DNA of 63,341 nucleotides, the filler included, from Intoshia linei (lineage: Eukaryota; Animalia; Orthonectida): the NCBI GenBank assembly GCA_001642005.1. It is 13 parts of 13 records of this genome, joined end to end, with 100 filler letters (N's around TTAATTAATTAA, not from the genome) between each part and the next. Parts side by side here need not be neighbours in the genome. Positions count along the whole stretch, not along the records: positions 23,474 to 36,699 come from LWCA01001025.1; positions 36,800 to 47,883 come from LWCA01001255.1; 11 more parts are not named here. One strand, written 5' to 3'. The notes under the pieces are model-generated. The model was not told the DNA's origin. It saw nothing but the letters and a program-made list of their open reading frames with translations, and ran no database searches. Below, in pieces: positions 23,474 through 37,477 of this stretch. Made by a program: the position numbers and the translations under genes. Within the stretch, counting starts at the first letter, position 1; each line of letters begins with the position of its first letter.

Positions 23474-24326
23474 CGTAGCAATGAAAAAAATTCCGAAGGA
23501 ATGAATTATATAGATTTTCACGCATATGTCTTCATTGGAAATGTGTAGACGTACAATACTCATTTTTTTTTGAAATTGTAGGATCTATATTTACATTTTC
23601 AATTTTTGATTTTAATCAAAATATTTGAAAAATATTAATTGATAATATATTAAAAATTATTTTTCACGGGGATTGCGTAGATTTCTGAGGTTGAAATTTT
23701 GTATTTATATCAACTGGAATAAGCTCTNATATTAATTGATAATATATTAAAAATTATTTTTTACCGGAAATGCGTAGATTTCTGGGGTTAAAATTTAATA
23801 TTTATATGAACTGGAATAAGCTCTATCAAAATAATTTTTTTTTTAAATTTTCGGACCGTTAATTATTTCATATTTTTTGTTTTAATAAAATATTTCGGAA
23901 AAAAATATATGAATACTAAAATGCTTTTTTGAGTGTGAAGTCGTACTTATTCGGATTGATATTTTTTGAAATTCTAAGGCTGTTTTCAAAAAAAAGAAGG
24001 GAATGTGTGGTTTTGGCCATGAAGATATAATTTTTTTAAATATAAATTTATGATAATGTTTATGATTCTAAAATCTGCATCAGCGTATATATTTTTTTAA
24101 ATTCTCCAACTCGTTTAATTTTCAAAAAGAGGGACAACAGGGGTTTTTGACCCTTAAGATGTGAAATTGGGAGTTTGAAATATATCTTAATATACGTCCC
24201 GAAAAAAACTGTAATTAAATGTGGTCTTTAAAAAATTCTAAGACAGGTAGTTATTTAAATAAAGCTGAACACACACACAGACATACATACAAACAAAAAT
24301 CGCGTAGCCTTTTATGTAAGTTAGGA
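23474..24326 (-). mobile_element. Helitron family copy (5' ~850 bp, truncated by the gap)
   Basis: Reverse complement of 29129-29880 / 60118-60840; starts A|TCCTAACTTACATAA. Confidence 0.85.
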
Positions 24327-24959
24327 TATACAAAACGTATAAAATATAATTTTTTCTAAATGACAATAGTTTTAAAAAATAATAACATGTAGTCATGTAA
24401 TAATTAAATATTGCTTTATAACATTTTAATATAAAAAAAAATGGTGTGGAAAAGCCGAGTATCCTTTACAAATGCATAAAATTAAATTGTGTGTTTCCGT
24501 TTAATTAAAAATTTAACATTTCCAGAATTTAAAAAAAATTAATTTTCTAATTAATTACAGTGTTGGGATAGTGATGTTTTTGTGCAAGTTAAATTTTCAT
24601 TAAGTTCAATTCAAGCCAGTGTCAAAATCCCAACGGCCCTTTTTTTAAATAAAATGAGCTCTATAAATTAAGAAATTATTTTATTTTACTATTTTGAAAA
24701 TATTTATATCGCTCTTATTCTAAACACCTCACCATAGAATGTGCAGTTAAAAAAATATTGTGGTAATATCAAAATAAGTACTATACTATAGATAATGCAA
24801 TATAAAATGTTGTGAAACACTGTGCTATATAGATTTGCTAGATTTTAGATTTAAATTTTGTGTATATATTAAGTAGAATAAGCTGTATGAGAATAATCTT
24901 TTTTTAAATATAGGACCATTAAATCAAATTTTTTGTAAATAAAATAGTTTCAATAAAAA

Positions 24960-25431
24960 TGTATACTAAATGCTTCTTTGATCTTGAAGGCGTCACTCTG
25001 TCAGATTGAAATTTTTAATGTGTGTTAACTGGATATACATCTAACTATATCAACTATCATTTTTTTAAATTGTAGGACTATTTTCATTTTTCAAAAAAAG
25101 GTAATTTAGGGTTTTGAACATGATGATATAAGATTATAAAATTGAAATGTATCATATCGTTGATAATTTTATAATTTTTATTAGATTGCGTATTTTTTAT
25201 AAATATAAGAATCGTTTGAATTTAAAAAAAATGATGATTAGAGTATTTGACCTTAAAGGATTCTATTTCTGAAAATGAAATCACGATAAATCATTACCCT
25301 CGAATAGCTGTACTAGAAATATGGAATTGTAAAAACTCGAATCCTTTTACTTTCTGAGATAAACTGGATCAAACATAAAAATGAATAAATACTTATACAT
25401 TTTTAACTAAATTACTTTATATAAGTAAGGA
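24960..25431 (-). mobile_element. Older diverged Helitron family copy
   Basis: Starts TCCTTACTTATATAAAG on the minus strand; shares tgaaggcgtcact..cagattgaaatttt. Confidence 0.6.
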
Positions 25432-26309
25432 TATATAATGATTTTCAAATATGCCTAGTTTAGGCTCTTTTTCGAAATTTAGATTTATTTTTTAAAAAAA
25501 TTGGACGTGTAGCAGATTAACTGATTTCACTATTTTGGTCAGAATAAAAACTCTTCCAGATGCACTATATTTAACTATTGCATTCAAAAAAATGTTTTTT
25601 TGTTGGACTGTAATAACATCATAATTTTAACAATATCATTTATTTTAGTGAATCCATGACGAATATAATCATCACTCTTTTTTTGAACATGTTAATATTT
25701 ACATATTAAAATATTTAAATGTGTTATATATTAATAAACAGAAGTTGAAATATATTTAACTTTATTTTTGAAACTTCATTTAAGTTTCAAAAATATAGCT
25801 GCAAACTGATTTTTATCTAAAAATTGGTTGGAACCCCTTTTGGTTCCGGTACCTAATGTTAAGAATCCATTGTCTAAATTTAGACTCTAAGGTGTAGCGC
25901 ACTATTAATACACATACGTATACTATGATTATGGGAAAATTACGGCTTTTCAATATATCTTTCGTTAAATTATTTTTCCCAATTACGACAATGGCAGTAT
26001 TTTTTTGGTTGAAATAATCAATTGCTTGATTTATATAATTGCTAATATATTATGTATATGATGACATTTTTATATTTCTTACGTGTTTTCATTGCTATAT
26101 GTAGTGAATTTACTGTCTGTAACAAATACCAAGTATTGTTGTATTGTATTAGTATTAAGTACCAAGTACTAACCAATGGAAAAATATAAGCTTCACTGAT
26201 GACAGTTGATTTGAATTATTTTCAAAAGAAAGAGTATAAGTTCGAAAAAGTAAAAAACAAAATTCTTATTAACGTACATAAGTATAAGTATTACAAATAC
26301 CCAGTAAAA

Positions 26310-26857
26310 TATGATTTTGGTGGTATTAGGGCAAATGGAAAAAGAGTATTAATAAAGTGTATAGGAAAAATAAATGCTCACGAATACCAAAGAATCCTTA
26401 TAAAAGCAAACGAATAATATTTTTAGATGGATTGAAGAAAAAACAAGATTGTGAACCGTGTCAAACAGCAAAGACAACCCGTCCATTTGTAAGGGGTAAT
26501 CGTACAAAAAAATTAAAAGATTGACAGGTACAAAGTCCAGATTTAAACATTATTGAAGACCTGTGAAAAATTTGAAAAATACGGTATATAAGCTACATCC
26601 AGTTAACTTAGAAGAACTATGGAGATATATACACGATGAATGGGACCGAGTACCTCTTAAAACTATTTAAGGGTTGTATGCTTCATTGCCCAGAAGAATT
26701 GTATCAGTGATTAAAAATAAATGATGGAATATTAAATATTAGTAATCCTAACTTATATAAGGATATTAGATATGATATAAGAAAATCTCTTAAATCATAA
26801 ACCAGGAGTGTTTAAATTAATTACAATTGGGGTGGCTAAGACTTATGTTGGGCACTG
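26310..26857 (+). mobile_element. 3' part of a decayed Tc1-like element (D-35-E spacing)
   Basis: GGIRANGKRVLIKC..QDCEPC..D*QVQSPDLNIIEDL*..NLEELWRYIHDEWDRVP..LYASLPRRIVSVIKNK..KY*; right TIR GGTGGCTAAGACTTATGTTGGGCACTG|TA. Confidence 0.85.
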
Positions 26858-27793
26858 TACATTTTTAGCAAAAAAAACAACGTTAAGTCCGATAATTATC
26901 CTAAATTATAATTTAACTTAAACTACTGTTTAACTCCGATAACAAATTAATATAAATAAAACAAAAACAATGACAACAAGCATAATTCAACAAACGCAAT
27001 TTAATAAGACTTATAAAATTTTTTACGGCATATTTCTCACGCCATTGATTCCAGCAACAAAATGAAATTAATTGTTTTAGGCAAATCGAAAAAAACTTGG
27101 CATTTTAAAAATAAAATTATATAATACTTAAAAATATAAATACTTATTATAATTCTAGTATAGGGTAAATGGATAGATATTTATTCAAACAATGGTAGTA
27201 CCAATAATACTTTTTTATATTTTTTTAGGTTTCATGAAGAATAAGTTCCTTCCGTACTTGAATTTTCAATAAAAAAGGCATTGAGCCAAAAGCATTACTG
27301 TTGTATGTTGCACAGTTTATGAAGGCAATAACCACGCGATTCTACAATGCTACAACTAAAATCTATAATTTATCATTATAAAAGAATTATAGCATCTTTA
27401 TAAATATTTATTCTTTATAATTTTTATTGGTAACATGATAAATTCTCATCGAACGTTTTATTCATTCGAGTACGAGTGATGGATCTTCAAAGAGTTAAAA
27501 AAATTATTCACTAACTCATACTCTTAGAATTTAAAAAAAAAATTATTCTGATACCATTTATTCCAATTATTTTGAAAACACTAAAATTTGAAACACAGAT
27601 GTCTACGCATTCCACATCTAAACTAAATTTTAATAAAAAAATTAATATTAACATTATCATGTTATTATATCAATTATTATCGTGTATAATATATCAACCA
27701 AGATTTTTCAATTAACACAAAATTAAAAATGAAAATTTAAATATTCATCCTACAATTTCAAAAAAAATATGAATTGACTGTATATATTTGAAA

Positions 27794-28398
27794 ATAGGTT
27801 GACTGTTATGTACTATGTACAAACAGCGCCTAGCTCTGCCAAATGGACACTTTTATTCTACTAAAAAAATCTAACTTAAAAATCCTACTATTCACTATTA
27901 TCAATCTTTTACAGAAGTGGTTCCTAAACTTTTTTTAGGTGAAACCGTCATATCACATTATTTTTACTTTAAAGTGAATTATTCCATCTTAATTTTTTGT
28001 TTGTTAACATTTGCGTAAAGAATTTTAAAAACAATTGTTATCCCATTTTTTTAATTTATTAGACAGAATGTGTGTATATTATACACTGTATAATATTAAA
28101 AATAAAGTAAAAAGAGTCCAATCATAAAAATTGTCATAAATAGCATAAATTTCAGAAAAAATAAAATTATAAAAACTATTTTTTTAAATTTTCCAACTGG
28201 TTTGATTTTCAAAAAAAGGACAATTGGGGTTTTTGATCCGTAAGATGTGAGTTTGGGAGGTTGAAATTTATTTTGCTAAGAGCCCCATAAAAAAAATGTA
28301 ATTGAAATGTGGAATTTATAAAATTCTAAGACTGGTAGTTATTGAAATAAACGGTAACACACAAATAAATATTGCATAGCATATTATATAGGTAAGGA
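27794..28398 (-). mobile_element. Short (605 bp) internally deleted Helitron with both ends
   Basis: 5' A|TCCTTACCTATATAATATGC; 3' hairpin CTGTTTGTAC-ATA-GTACATAACAG followed by TCAACCTAT. Collinear with both ends of 29129-30497. Confidence 0.8.
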
Positions 28399-29128
28399 TA
28401 CAGCAATATGGATTTCAATTTAATAAATTGATTTCTTACTTTTTTTATCATTACTACGCAATTTCGCATTTTCAAATATTTTTGAATCAAGTTAACTTTG
28501 TTAGTATAATTTTGATACAATTTGGTTATTTCAGTTTTGTTAAGATTGCTTCATCCAAAATTCTTGATAGAAGAAAAGATTATGTACTTAGGGTATATAA
28601 AATTTTATTCTTGTTAGGAATTCATCGTATTTGTGACGATTTTTTAGGGTTTTAACTATAATTCGATATACAATAAGTAGATCCAAATTGTCCAATTATT
28701 TTAAATATAATAAAAATAACTATTTTTATTAACGTACTAGCTTAGCTGTGATGTACTTCGTACAAAAAGTACCTAGGCTGCAGTGGGTGGAATTTTTTAA
28801 TTCTAAAAAAGAATAAATTCATTAACCAATTTCACTAACCAAATTCACAATTGGAGCTTATTACGATTAGGAACATTACAAACTTTAATAAGATTTCAAT
28901 TATTACCAATTATAAATTTTCTAGCAATAGAATAAAAATTGTGCCACGTAATGGTTCCAAATGATTTTATATTGATAAAATGTGGCTCTTCTGAAAAAAA
29001 TGTTGAGACACCTTGGTATATAGTATAGTATGCTGTTTCCAAAATCACAAATACATATATTTTTTTATAACGATATTATGGTATTCAATCAAAAAATGAT
29101 GCATCCCTTTTAACATGAATAGCTAATA

Positions 29129-30497
29129 TCCTTACTTATATAATATGCTTCATATAATTCGTCTGTGTGTGTAATGCACACTGTATATGTGTGTTATCGT
29201 TTATTTCAATAACTACCAGTCTTAGAATTTTATAAAGTCCACATTTATATTTCAGTTTTTTCCGAGTGTTAAAAAATAAATTTTAAACCACCAAACTCCC
29301 ATCTTACGGGGCAAAAAGCCCAATTGTCTTTTTTTTAAAAATCAAACGAGTTCGACAATTTAAAATCATATATATTATCATAAATTTAAATTTATAACAA
29401 ATATATCTTCAGGGGTAAAACCACAAATTACCCTTTTTTTTAATGAAAACAGACCTAGAATTTTAAACAATTTACAGGTGGTACAGTTGTATTCTGTTAA
29501 CACACATAAAAAATTTCAATCTGACGTGACGCCTTCATGGTCAAAAAAGTATTTTAGTATTCATATATTTTTTTTCTGAAATAATTAACGGTCTTAAAAT
29601 TAAAAAAAAAAATTATTCTGATAGAGCTTATTCCACTTTATATTAATCAAAAATTTCAACCTCAGAAATCTACGCATTCCCGGTGAAAAATAATTTTTAA
29701 TATATTTTCAACCAATATTTTTTAAATATTTCGATTAAAATGAACATTGAAAATGTAAATATTGATCCTACATTTTCAAAAAAAACGTGCATTGAACGTC
29801 TACACATTTCCAATAGAGAAATGTGGGTGAAAATCTATATAATTCCTTCCTTCGGAATTTTTTTCATTGCTACGCAATTTTTAAATTTTAAATTCTCATT
29901 TTCAAAAATTTTGTTTAAAATTTAAATTAAAACTACAACAACGAATTACTAAAATGAATATAAATTTGTTATTTTTATTTTTATATTTATTACAATTACT
30001 TTGCAATATTGGTAAAATTCATTTGAAATATGTTTATAAAGTGCTCATTTCGTTAATTATTGATACATAATTGGTATATTTAAGTATTTATTAAATTGGT
30101 ACTGAATATATATTATCAGATTGAAAATGACAAAATAGGTTTTTATAATTGTATTTTTTCTGGAATTTATGCTATTTATGACAATTGGTAGTATTGGACT
30201 GTTTTTATTTTATTTTTAATATTATACACATTTTGTTTAATAAATTGAAAAAATGGGATAAATTTTTTTTAAATTCTTTACACAACAGTTAACAACAAAA
30301 TTAAGATGGAATAATTCACTTTAAAATAAAAAGTAATGTGATATAACGGTTCCACCTGAAACAAGTTTGGGAACCACTTCTTTAAAGGATTGATAATATT
30401 GAATAGTAGGATTTTTAAGTTAGATTTTTTTGGTAAAATAATGTGCCCTCTGCAGAGCTAGGTGCTGTTTGTACGTAGTACATAACAGTCAACCTAG
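29129..30497 (+). mobile_element. Apparently full-length non-autonomous Helitron (~1.37 kb)
   Basis: 5' TC after a host A, subterminal TG-rich microsatellite, 3' hairpin CTGTTTGTAC-GTA-GTACATAACAG then TCAACCTAG; no TIR or TSD. Other 3' ends finish CTAG|T at 19460 (+), 28737 (-) and 35853 (+). Confidence 0.85.
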
Positions 30498-30563
30498 AAC
30501 TTATATATAACTGTAATATAAACAACATTATCAACATTTATTATTATATATTAGAACAGTGAT

Positions 30564-33559
30564 TTATTTTAATGATTGGTGAACGGAAGCATTGTGTTTT
30601 CTTAAATCTAGTTTACATCCAAATGAATCTACACATTTAGTACATTGAAATGGTTTAAATCCTATATGTTTTCGACAATGAGTAATTAAATTTGACGATT
30701 GACTAAATGCTTTAAAACACACTTTGCATATGTATGGTTTTTCTCCGGTGTGAATATACGTATGTTTCTTCATGTCTGATTTTTGATGGAATCCTAAATT
30801 AAAAAATGAATAATTATTTATTTAATTTAGCCATTTAATTAGTCGTTAAAATTGAAATAAATTAAAATATATTTATTTTCAAATTGTATCACACTTGCGT
30901 TAGAAAAATAGAAACAAGTCAGATTGGAAAATTTCGGCCATTTAAGCTAATGTCAATTACTTGGTCGATAGTCAATTTACTTTTTTAAATTGCAAGGTAT
31001 CCTTGTATATCGATTTTTTTAATTGGTATACATAAATTAAAAGTAAAATTCATTGAATCCATCAACCTTTAGGAAATATAATCAAACCGGACCACATTTT
31101 AATCACGTTTTCATTTTATCGGCAATATTTAACTTTGATAAAATCGTTTATACATTGTTGTGCACTGAGATACGAGCTATTGTACAACTAAATAAACACT
31201 ATTGTCCAACTAGATACGAACTAGTGTGCATCCCCATACGGAGTATTGTGCACTCACATACGGACAATATGTTTATTTAGTTGCAAAATAGCTTATACCT
31301 CAGTGTACAACTCTACAATTTAAATGACTTGAATTAAATTAGACATTAAATATTCTACATTTATTTTTCAAATTTATAAAAAAGTTTACTTAACATTTAA
31401 TATCAACTTTAAAAGATAAATAAAAGAATATTAATTTTGAGATAAAATGAAATTTAAATAAATGATACATTTATAAGAGGTAACATTATATTTAAAAAAG
31501 TATTTCAATTGGAATGAATTATTTAAAGATTTATTAGATGGTGTGATACACTATTTATTATGTACATTTAAAGAATTGCGCATTTTGATTCTACTTATAC
31601 ACATTATTTAATGCAAATATGAAAATTACACATTGCACATTCGTATATAAATGTAGAAAATTTGAAATTACTGGAATTTTAATATTAGTAATTCTGAGTT
31701 TACAGACTATTAATTACTTAATTATTTGTGTTTATATTAATTAATGTTATTTTCTTGTTAGTTAATTATCATTATTTATTATATTTTACAAATTAATATA
31801 TACCATATTAATATACTTGAAGTATATTCCGAATATCATTGTCAATTTAATTTTATGCCTTAACGAGATATTTTGTTTTGATAAATATTATTCATAATCT
31901 TAATTGGATCTAAATCAAATTATCCTTAATAGGTCACTTTGTTCTTAAGCGGTTGTACTAGCTTTAGTTTATACATTTATTTGGAAAGTTTAAGATTTAT
32001 AGGACCGATCAATTTACCACTTACCCTTGATATTGATATCGATACGCCTTGGTTAATTCGCCAAAGTAGTAATTTATTTAATTTATTTTGTATTCAATTT
32101 AATTTTGAACAAGTGTTTTTTTTTTATTGTTTGTCAATCTTGTTTTTTTAAAATTTAATTTTTTTCTGATTTTAAACATGTATATGAAAAAATTTTCATT
32201 GGTAGGGATAGCAGTTGGATATACGTAGTAAAAAAACGAAAAGCTAATAATTGACATTTATTTATTTATTGAAAAAAACCTTCATTAGTTGAACCTACTG
32301 CTAATTCAGCTGCTAGACTGTTTTGAAGGAGTACATAATTTTAATAAAAACTTTAAAGGATCTCGAAAATTTTCAATTAATGATAGTCGATACGGTCGTC
32401 AAGCAAAAAATTATCCTAATATTTATGTAATTTCTGGTTCTCAGTTATTCCTTAAGGCTTAACACGACCCTCCTTTAAATTAAAATTTTTTTAATAATCG
32501 GACCGATTAGACCTTGGTTTATTTAAATCTACCGTAGTTTCTTAGGTAAGAACCTGAAATATTAATTCATTCATTTTAATTTAATTAAATTGTCTCTTTA
32601 TTTTCAATCTACTTGTGTCATATTATAATCATAGATGGATCAAAATATTTAACCGCCTAATTGTCAAAATGTGGGTAAATGTCACTGAACTTGGATGTTA
32701 TATCTATACATGCATGTTGTATAAATAAATGATTATAATTACTTTTTCCGCAATAGTGGCATGTGTATGGTCTAATGTTGCTGTGTATCATCATGTGAGT
32801 ATTAAGAGTAGAGGACCTTCTAAACTTTTTATAACATAATTCGCATTTGTAAACAGTAAGATCATTATACATTTTGACATCATCATTCTTTAAATAATTT
32901 TGTTTATTGGAATTAATTTGCCCGTTAAAACTATACATTTTTGACAATTGTTCATAATAAAGTTTTACATGAGTATTTTGAAAATTTTTTTGCAGTAATC
33001 TTTTGTAGTGTAAATTTTGAGTAAAAGGTTGATTTTTTAATGTTAAATTGGTGAATTTGGTAAAATCGAGATTATTTAAATGTGTGTTTAAATTTAAATT
33101 TTGACATGTATATTTATTCTCGAAATCTTGTTTCAATTTTGTAATTTTATCCGACAAATAGTTGAGATTATCAATTGTTTCATCGTTTGAATTTTTTAAA
33201 ATTAAGTATTTTTTACTCAAATTTATTCCATTCTCCCAAAACTGGGCGGGGCTAAGTTGATTAACGCTTGTAATATTTGGCAAAATGTCTTTTATATTGT
33301 ACTGAGTACAAAAACTATTGGGCGCTACTTGTATGTCATTATTTGGCATTGTTTTTTGATTTTTATTATTTAATATTTTATTAATTGACCAAGGTATTTC
33401 TAAATTCACGTTTTACAATATTTAATTTTATAATAAGTACAATTTATGTATCAATATTATTTTAAAAATAAATGTCAATAAAGAATTATCAAACTATATT
33501 AACGCATTGAATGAGTTTTAGTCTTAAATTATAAATTTTATTCAATTACCATTCATCAT
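30564..33559 (-). CDS. gfi1: Gfi1/senseless/PAG-3 family C2H2 zinc-finger transcription factor (exons 33550-33559 putative, 32743-33399, 30564-30793)
   Basis: Spliced product: [31 protein letters not shown]|[58 protein letters not shown], the diagnostic last four Gfi1 fingers. The phase-1 GT-AG intron 30794-32742 restores GKRFHQ. Confidence 0.93.
31153..31315. mobile_element. Palindromic MITE in the Gfi1 intron (same family as 59293-59502)
   Basis: TTGTGCACTGAGATACGAGCT ... AGCTTATACCTCAGTGTACAA inverted arms. Confidence 0.7.
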
Positions 33560-35089
33560 TGTAGAGTCTATTTAATCTTAACAGTTGAGTAGTTCTTTTA
33601 TTATCCAATAATTGATGTATTCTATAATTTAATTTTAATGTTAAATACTTTTGTATTTAGTCGATTTCTAAGTATCGGTTAAATGAAATATTAAGGTTTG
33701 TTAATTTTGAAGAAATTTGTTTCATTTTAAAATATTCTTATACTTATTTTTATATTATATAATTCTTATACAAATATTACAAATGTAAACTTATCAAATT
33801 ATCAATGCCAAATATGGTCTAATTTTCTATATTTATATACACATGTCTTGCAAAACTTATTAAATTTCCAATTAAATCATTTATATTGCTACCAATGGAT
33901 TTCGTTTAAATGTAATAAAGCACGCATAAATCGAATGGAATTGAATTTTTACTATTAATTACAATTAAAATACATTTATATTAACCAACTTGGATATTTC
34001 AAACTTTACTAACTACTTGTTATTATTCAATTTAATTTAAATCTAAGCAAGAAACTGACAATCATGGACTTGATGCCAAAATATTAATAGTTTTATATAT
34101 TTAATTGCACTGAGTTGTGTTTACTTTAGGTTCTTAATCTTATTCAATTCGTACAGAATAAAAGAAATTGTACATTTCACATTACCAAATAGAATAATAG
34201 AAAGATTAATCAATCTTTTAGTATAGGCTCCTAAACTTTTTTACTGCCGACCGATAAGTAAAAATTATATTTTTGACAAACCACTTAATATTTAATAATA
34301 TATATAAATATTAGCGAAATATTATCACATCTTATTTTAATATCACTTGTTTAATTTGATATTCAGATTTTTAAATTATTGGACGAACGCGTAAATTGTT
34401 CACAATGACCCATGGTGGTTAGTGATATGCTTTAAAGCTAACCGCGAACTAAAACCTTAGTAGCTAACAACATGACAAACTGAAGAAATCAATTTATGAG
34501 ATTCACACCCATAATTCTGTATTTAAAATATGTATACAGTAAGTTAACATTTTTTTCGAAATTCTAGAATAAATATTTACATTTTCAATTTTTATTTTAA
34601 TCGAAATATTTGAAAAATATTGGTTGAATATATTAAAAGTATTTTTGTATTATGTATAATAGTAATTTATGTAAGTTTTTTTCAATAATTTAATACTAAT
34701 AAAAAAGATTTTTCATGTGTACATTGTTTTTAAAATCAAATTATACGTGAATAATCACAATATGGGCCGTTTAATGTAATAAACAAACATGCTGGGAATC
34801 ACTGGTCTACATACCATTGGGAAACCGCATTCCCGCTGCGACAAAATATACATTTAAAATTATGCTTATTATCAATTAAAAATCTAACATTCTTACGAAA
34901 CTTGATATGAAACTTACTCGATTTCGTAACCAAAAAATTTTAGAATTTTATTTCATGCTAATTTCACACATATTAAATTATTTTTTCTTAATATTTTTGT
35001 CACTTTCTAAACATTTCTTTTTCTCCTAATCAATTTTTTTAATTAATTGTGCAACTCATATATAGGGTGTAAATTTGATTACGAATTAT

Positions 35090-35658
35090 ATTTATATCAA
35101 CTGGAATAAGCTCTATCAGATTAATCTTTTTTTTAATTTTCGGACCGTTAATTATTTCACATTTTTTGTTTTAATAAAATATTTTGGAAAAAAAATATAT
35201 GAATACTAAAATGCTTTTTTAACCGTGAAGGCGTCACTTATTCAGATTGAAATTTTTTATGTGTCTTAACAGGATACAACTGTACCACCTGTAAATTTTT
35301 GAAATTCTATGGCTGTTTTTATTAAAAAAAGAAGGGTAATTTGTGGTTTTGGCCCTGAAGATATAATTTTTTTAAATTTAAATTCATGATAATGTTTATG
35401 ATTTTCCAATCCGCATCAGCATATATATTTTTTTAAATTCTTTAACTCGTTTGATTTTCAAAAAGAGGGACAACTGGGTTTTTTAACCCGTAAGATGTGA
35501 AACTGGGAGGTTGAAATTTATCTTATTATACGTCCCGGAAAAAACTGAAATTGAAATGTGGTCTTTAAAAAAATTCTAAGACGGGTATTTATTTAAATAT
35601 AGCGTAACACACAGACACACACAAACAAAAATCGCGTAGCATATTATATAAGTTAGGA
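35090..35658 (-). mobile_element. Helitron family copy (5' ~570 bp)
   Basis: Starts A|TCCTAACTTATATAATATGCTACGCG on the minus strand; highly similar to 23800-24326. Confidence 0.85.
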
Positions 35659-36799
35659 TTTACATGTATATTTTAAAAGACTTCAGACTTTTTATAAACG
35701 AATGTTTACATTGGAACAATGTTGTTGGCTGTTGTACTAATGGTGTGGCTGAAATTTTACATTTTAAATCAGATTTGCTTAAATTGATCCGTAATTAAAA
35801 CTTCGCCATTGGCAGAACTAGCTGCTTTTGTATGTACATAACAGTCAAGCTAGTAATGTAATATAATGTTGGTCACTCCTTACTTTATAACATTGAATAC
35901 ATTTCAATGAACACATTAAAAATAATATGGAACTGTATTTTGGTAATAAAATAACTCATAATTCGAACTCAATATAACAAGCTCTTGTTGACTTTTCAAT
36001 TTGAATATTATCCAATTGACATAATTGCAAATTATAATTGACTAATTTAATGTGTTTTTACAAATTGGATGCCTATTTTCACAAACTAACTAAATTTAGT
36101 CAAAATTGCAAATAAGCTGGAATGCAATATTTTATGAAAAATAAAAAAATAAAATACATGTATGTTTAAAGTTTTATATATTGAGAATATAATAATCCTT
36201 ACTTAAATAAAAATAATTTTTGTCAAATTAATATTTGTGTGCATTGTGTGTACTATTTATTGAGAAATCGGACAGTTCCAAAAACTTAAAAAACAACAAT
36301 TTTAATTCTGTTTTTTATTCGCAGTATATTGATCTTAATTATCGTACAATTAGTAGGTCGAAAATTTTTTTCGACAAGGGAGAATATGCTTTTTAATAAA
36401 TGAATTGTAACTAAGACGGAATAATTGCTCTAATGATTATATACTCAATGAATTGATCATTTGTGAAAATTTGAGTAAAATTTCATCTCATACATGTATT
36501 AACATTCTAAATCTAGGTGAACGGTACACAATAATCACAATTTGCAATCTAAATTTAACAAAATCTAGTTTATTATACGTGTTAATATTATAATTAATTA
36601 ACTTTTTGTATAAATTAAACTTTTTCAATGTTTTATTGATTAAATTATTAAGTCGTTTCATAAGTAATGTCGTTTTTATTGTAACTTTATTATAAATCAN
36701 NNNNNNNNNNNNNNNNNNNNNNNNNNNNNNNNNNNNNNNNNNNTTAATTAATTAANNNNNNNNNNNNNNNNNNNNNNNNNNNNNNNNNNNNNNNNNNNN

Positions 36800-37477
36800 T
36801 TAAATTTTTATTTATATTTTATATTCCAAATATATTCGCAAATCATGTTTAAAGGATATAATTTCTTATATCGGTCTTTATATATATGCAGCTGCTGGTG
36901 AAATCTTTCTCCATGTTCATCCGACCAGAAACCACAATTTGAAGGGAATAACTTTATATGAGATTGAAAAAATGCGACATTTTAGGACAGTAGAGGCATC
37001 CCATCTTTTGATAAGATTCCATAAATGCATCAATTAAATTTGAATAATTAATATTACGAGTATTACCCAAAAATCCGGATATTAGAAAGCGTAATGTATT
37101 ATATGCAGATAATTCTATTTCAGTAAGAAACTCTTCAAATTCCACTGACTAAAACAATTTTCTAATCTCGCGCCAGTGAGAATGCCATTAATTAATTTTA
37201 TTTGATATTTATTTTTGGATTTAATGGTGTATTTTCCACATATATTACAAAATTTATTAATATTTATTAGATCACATGTATGCATTTTAAAGTGAATATG
37301 AATTTATTCAAAAAATATTCAATTGAAACTATGGTTTTATTGTTAATTTTTAATTGCCTAATTAAGCAACTTTATGATCTCAATTGAGATAATGAGATAC
37401 ATCATTCTGCTACAAATTTAATATACTACCTTTTCTAATATTCATATTTTATAAGTAAAATTGTGTGTTGTCCAGTG
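36800..37477 (-). mobile_element. Chapaev3-like deletion derivative, copy 2
   Basis: Near-identical to 21502-22182. Homology ends at TTA|CACTGGACAACACAC (minus strand). Confidence 0.7.

Noticed and set aside
23630-23825. ~96-bp tandem duplication inside a Helitron copy
   Set aside because: The two units are separated by a single N (23728), so this is probably a contig-overlap join of two repeat copies.
29740-29925. Short ORFs within Helitron/MITE copies (e.g. 29740, 28326, 31053, 17337)
   Set aside because: They lie inside non-coding repeats and are not conserved as ORFs among copies.
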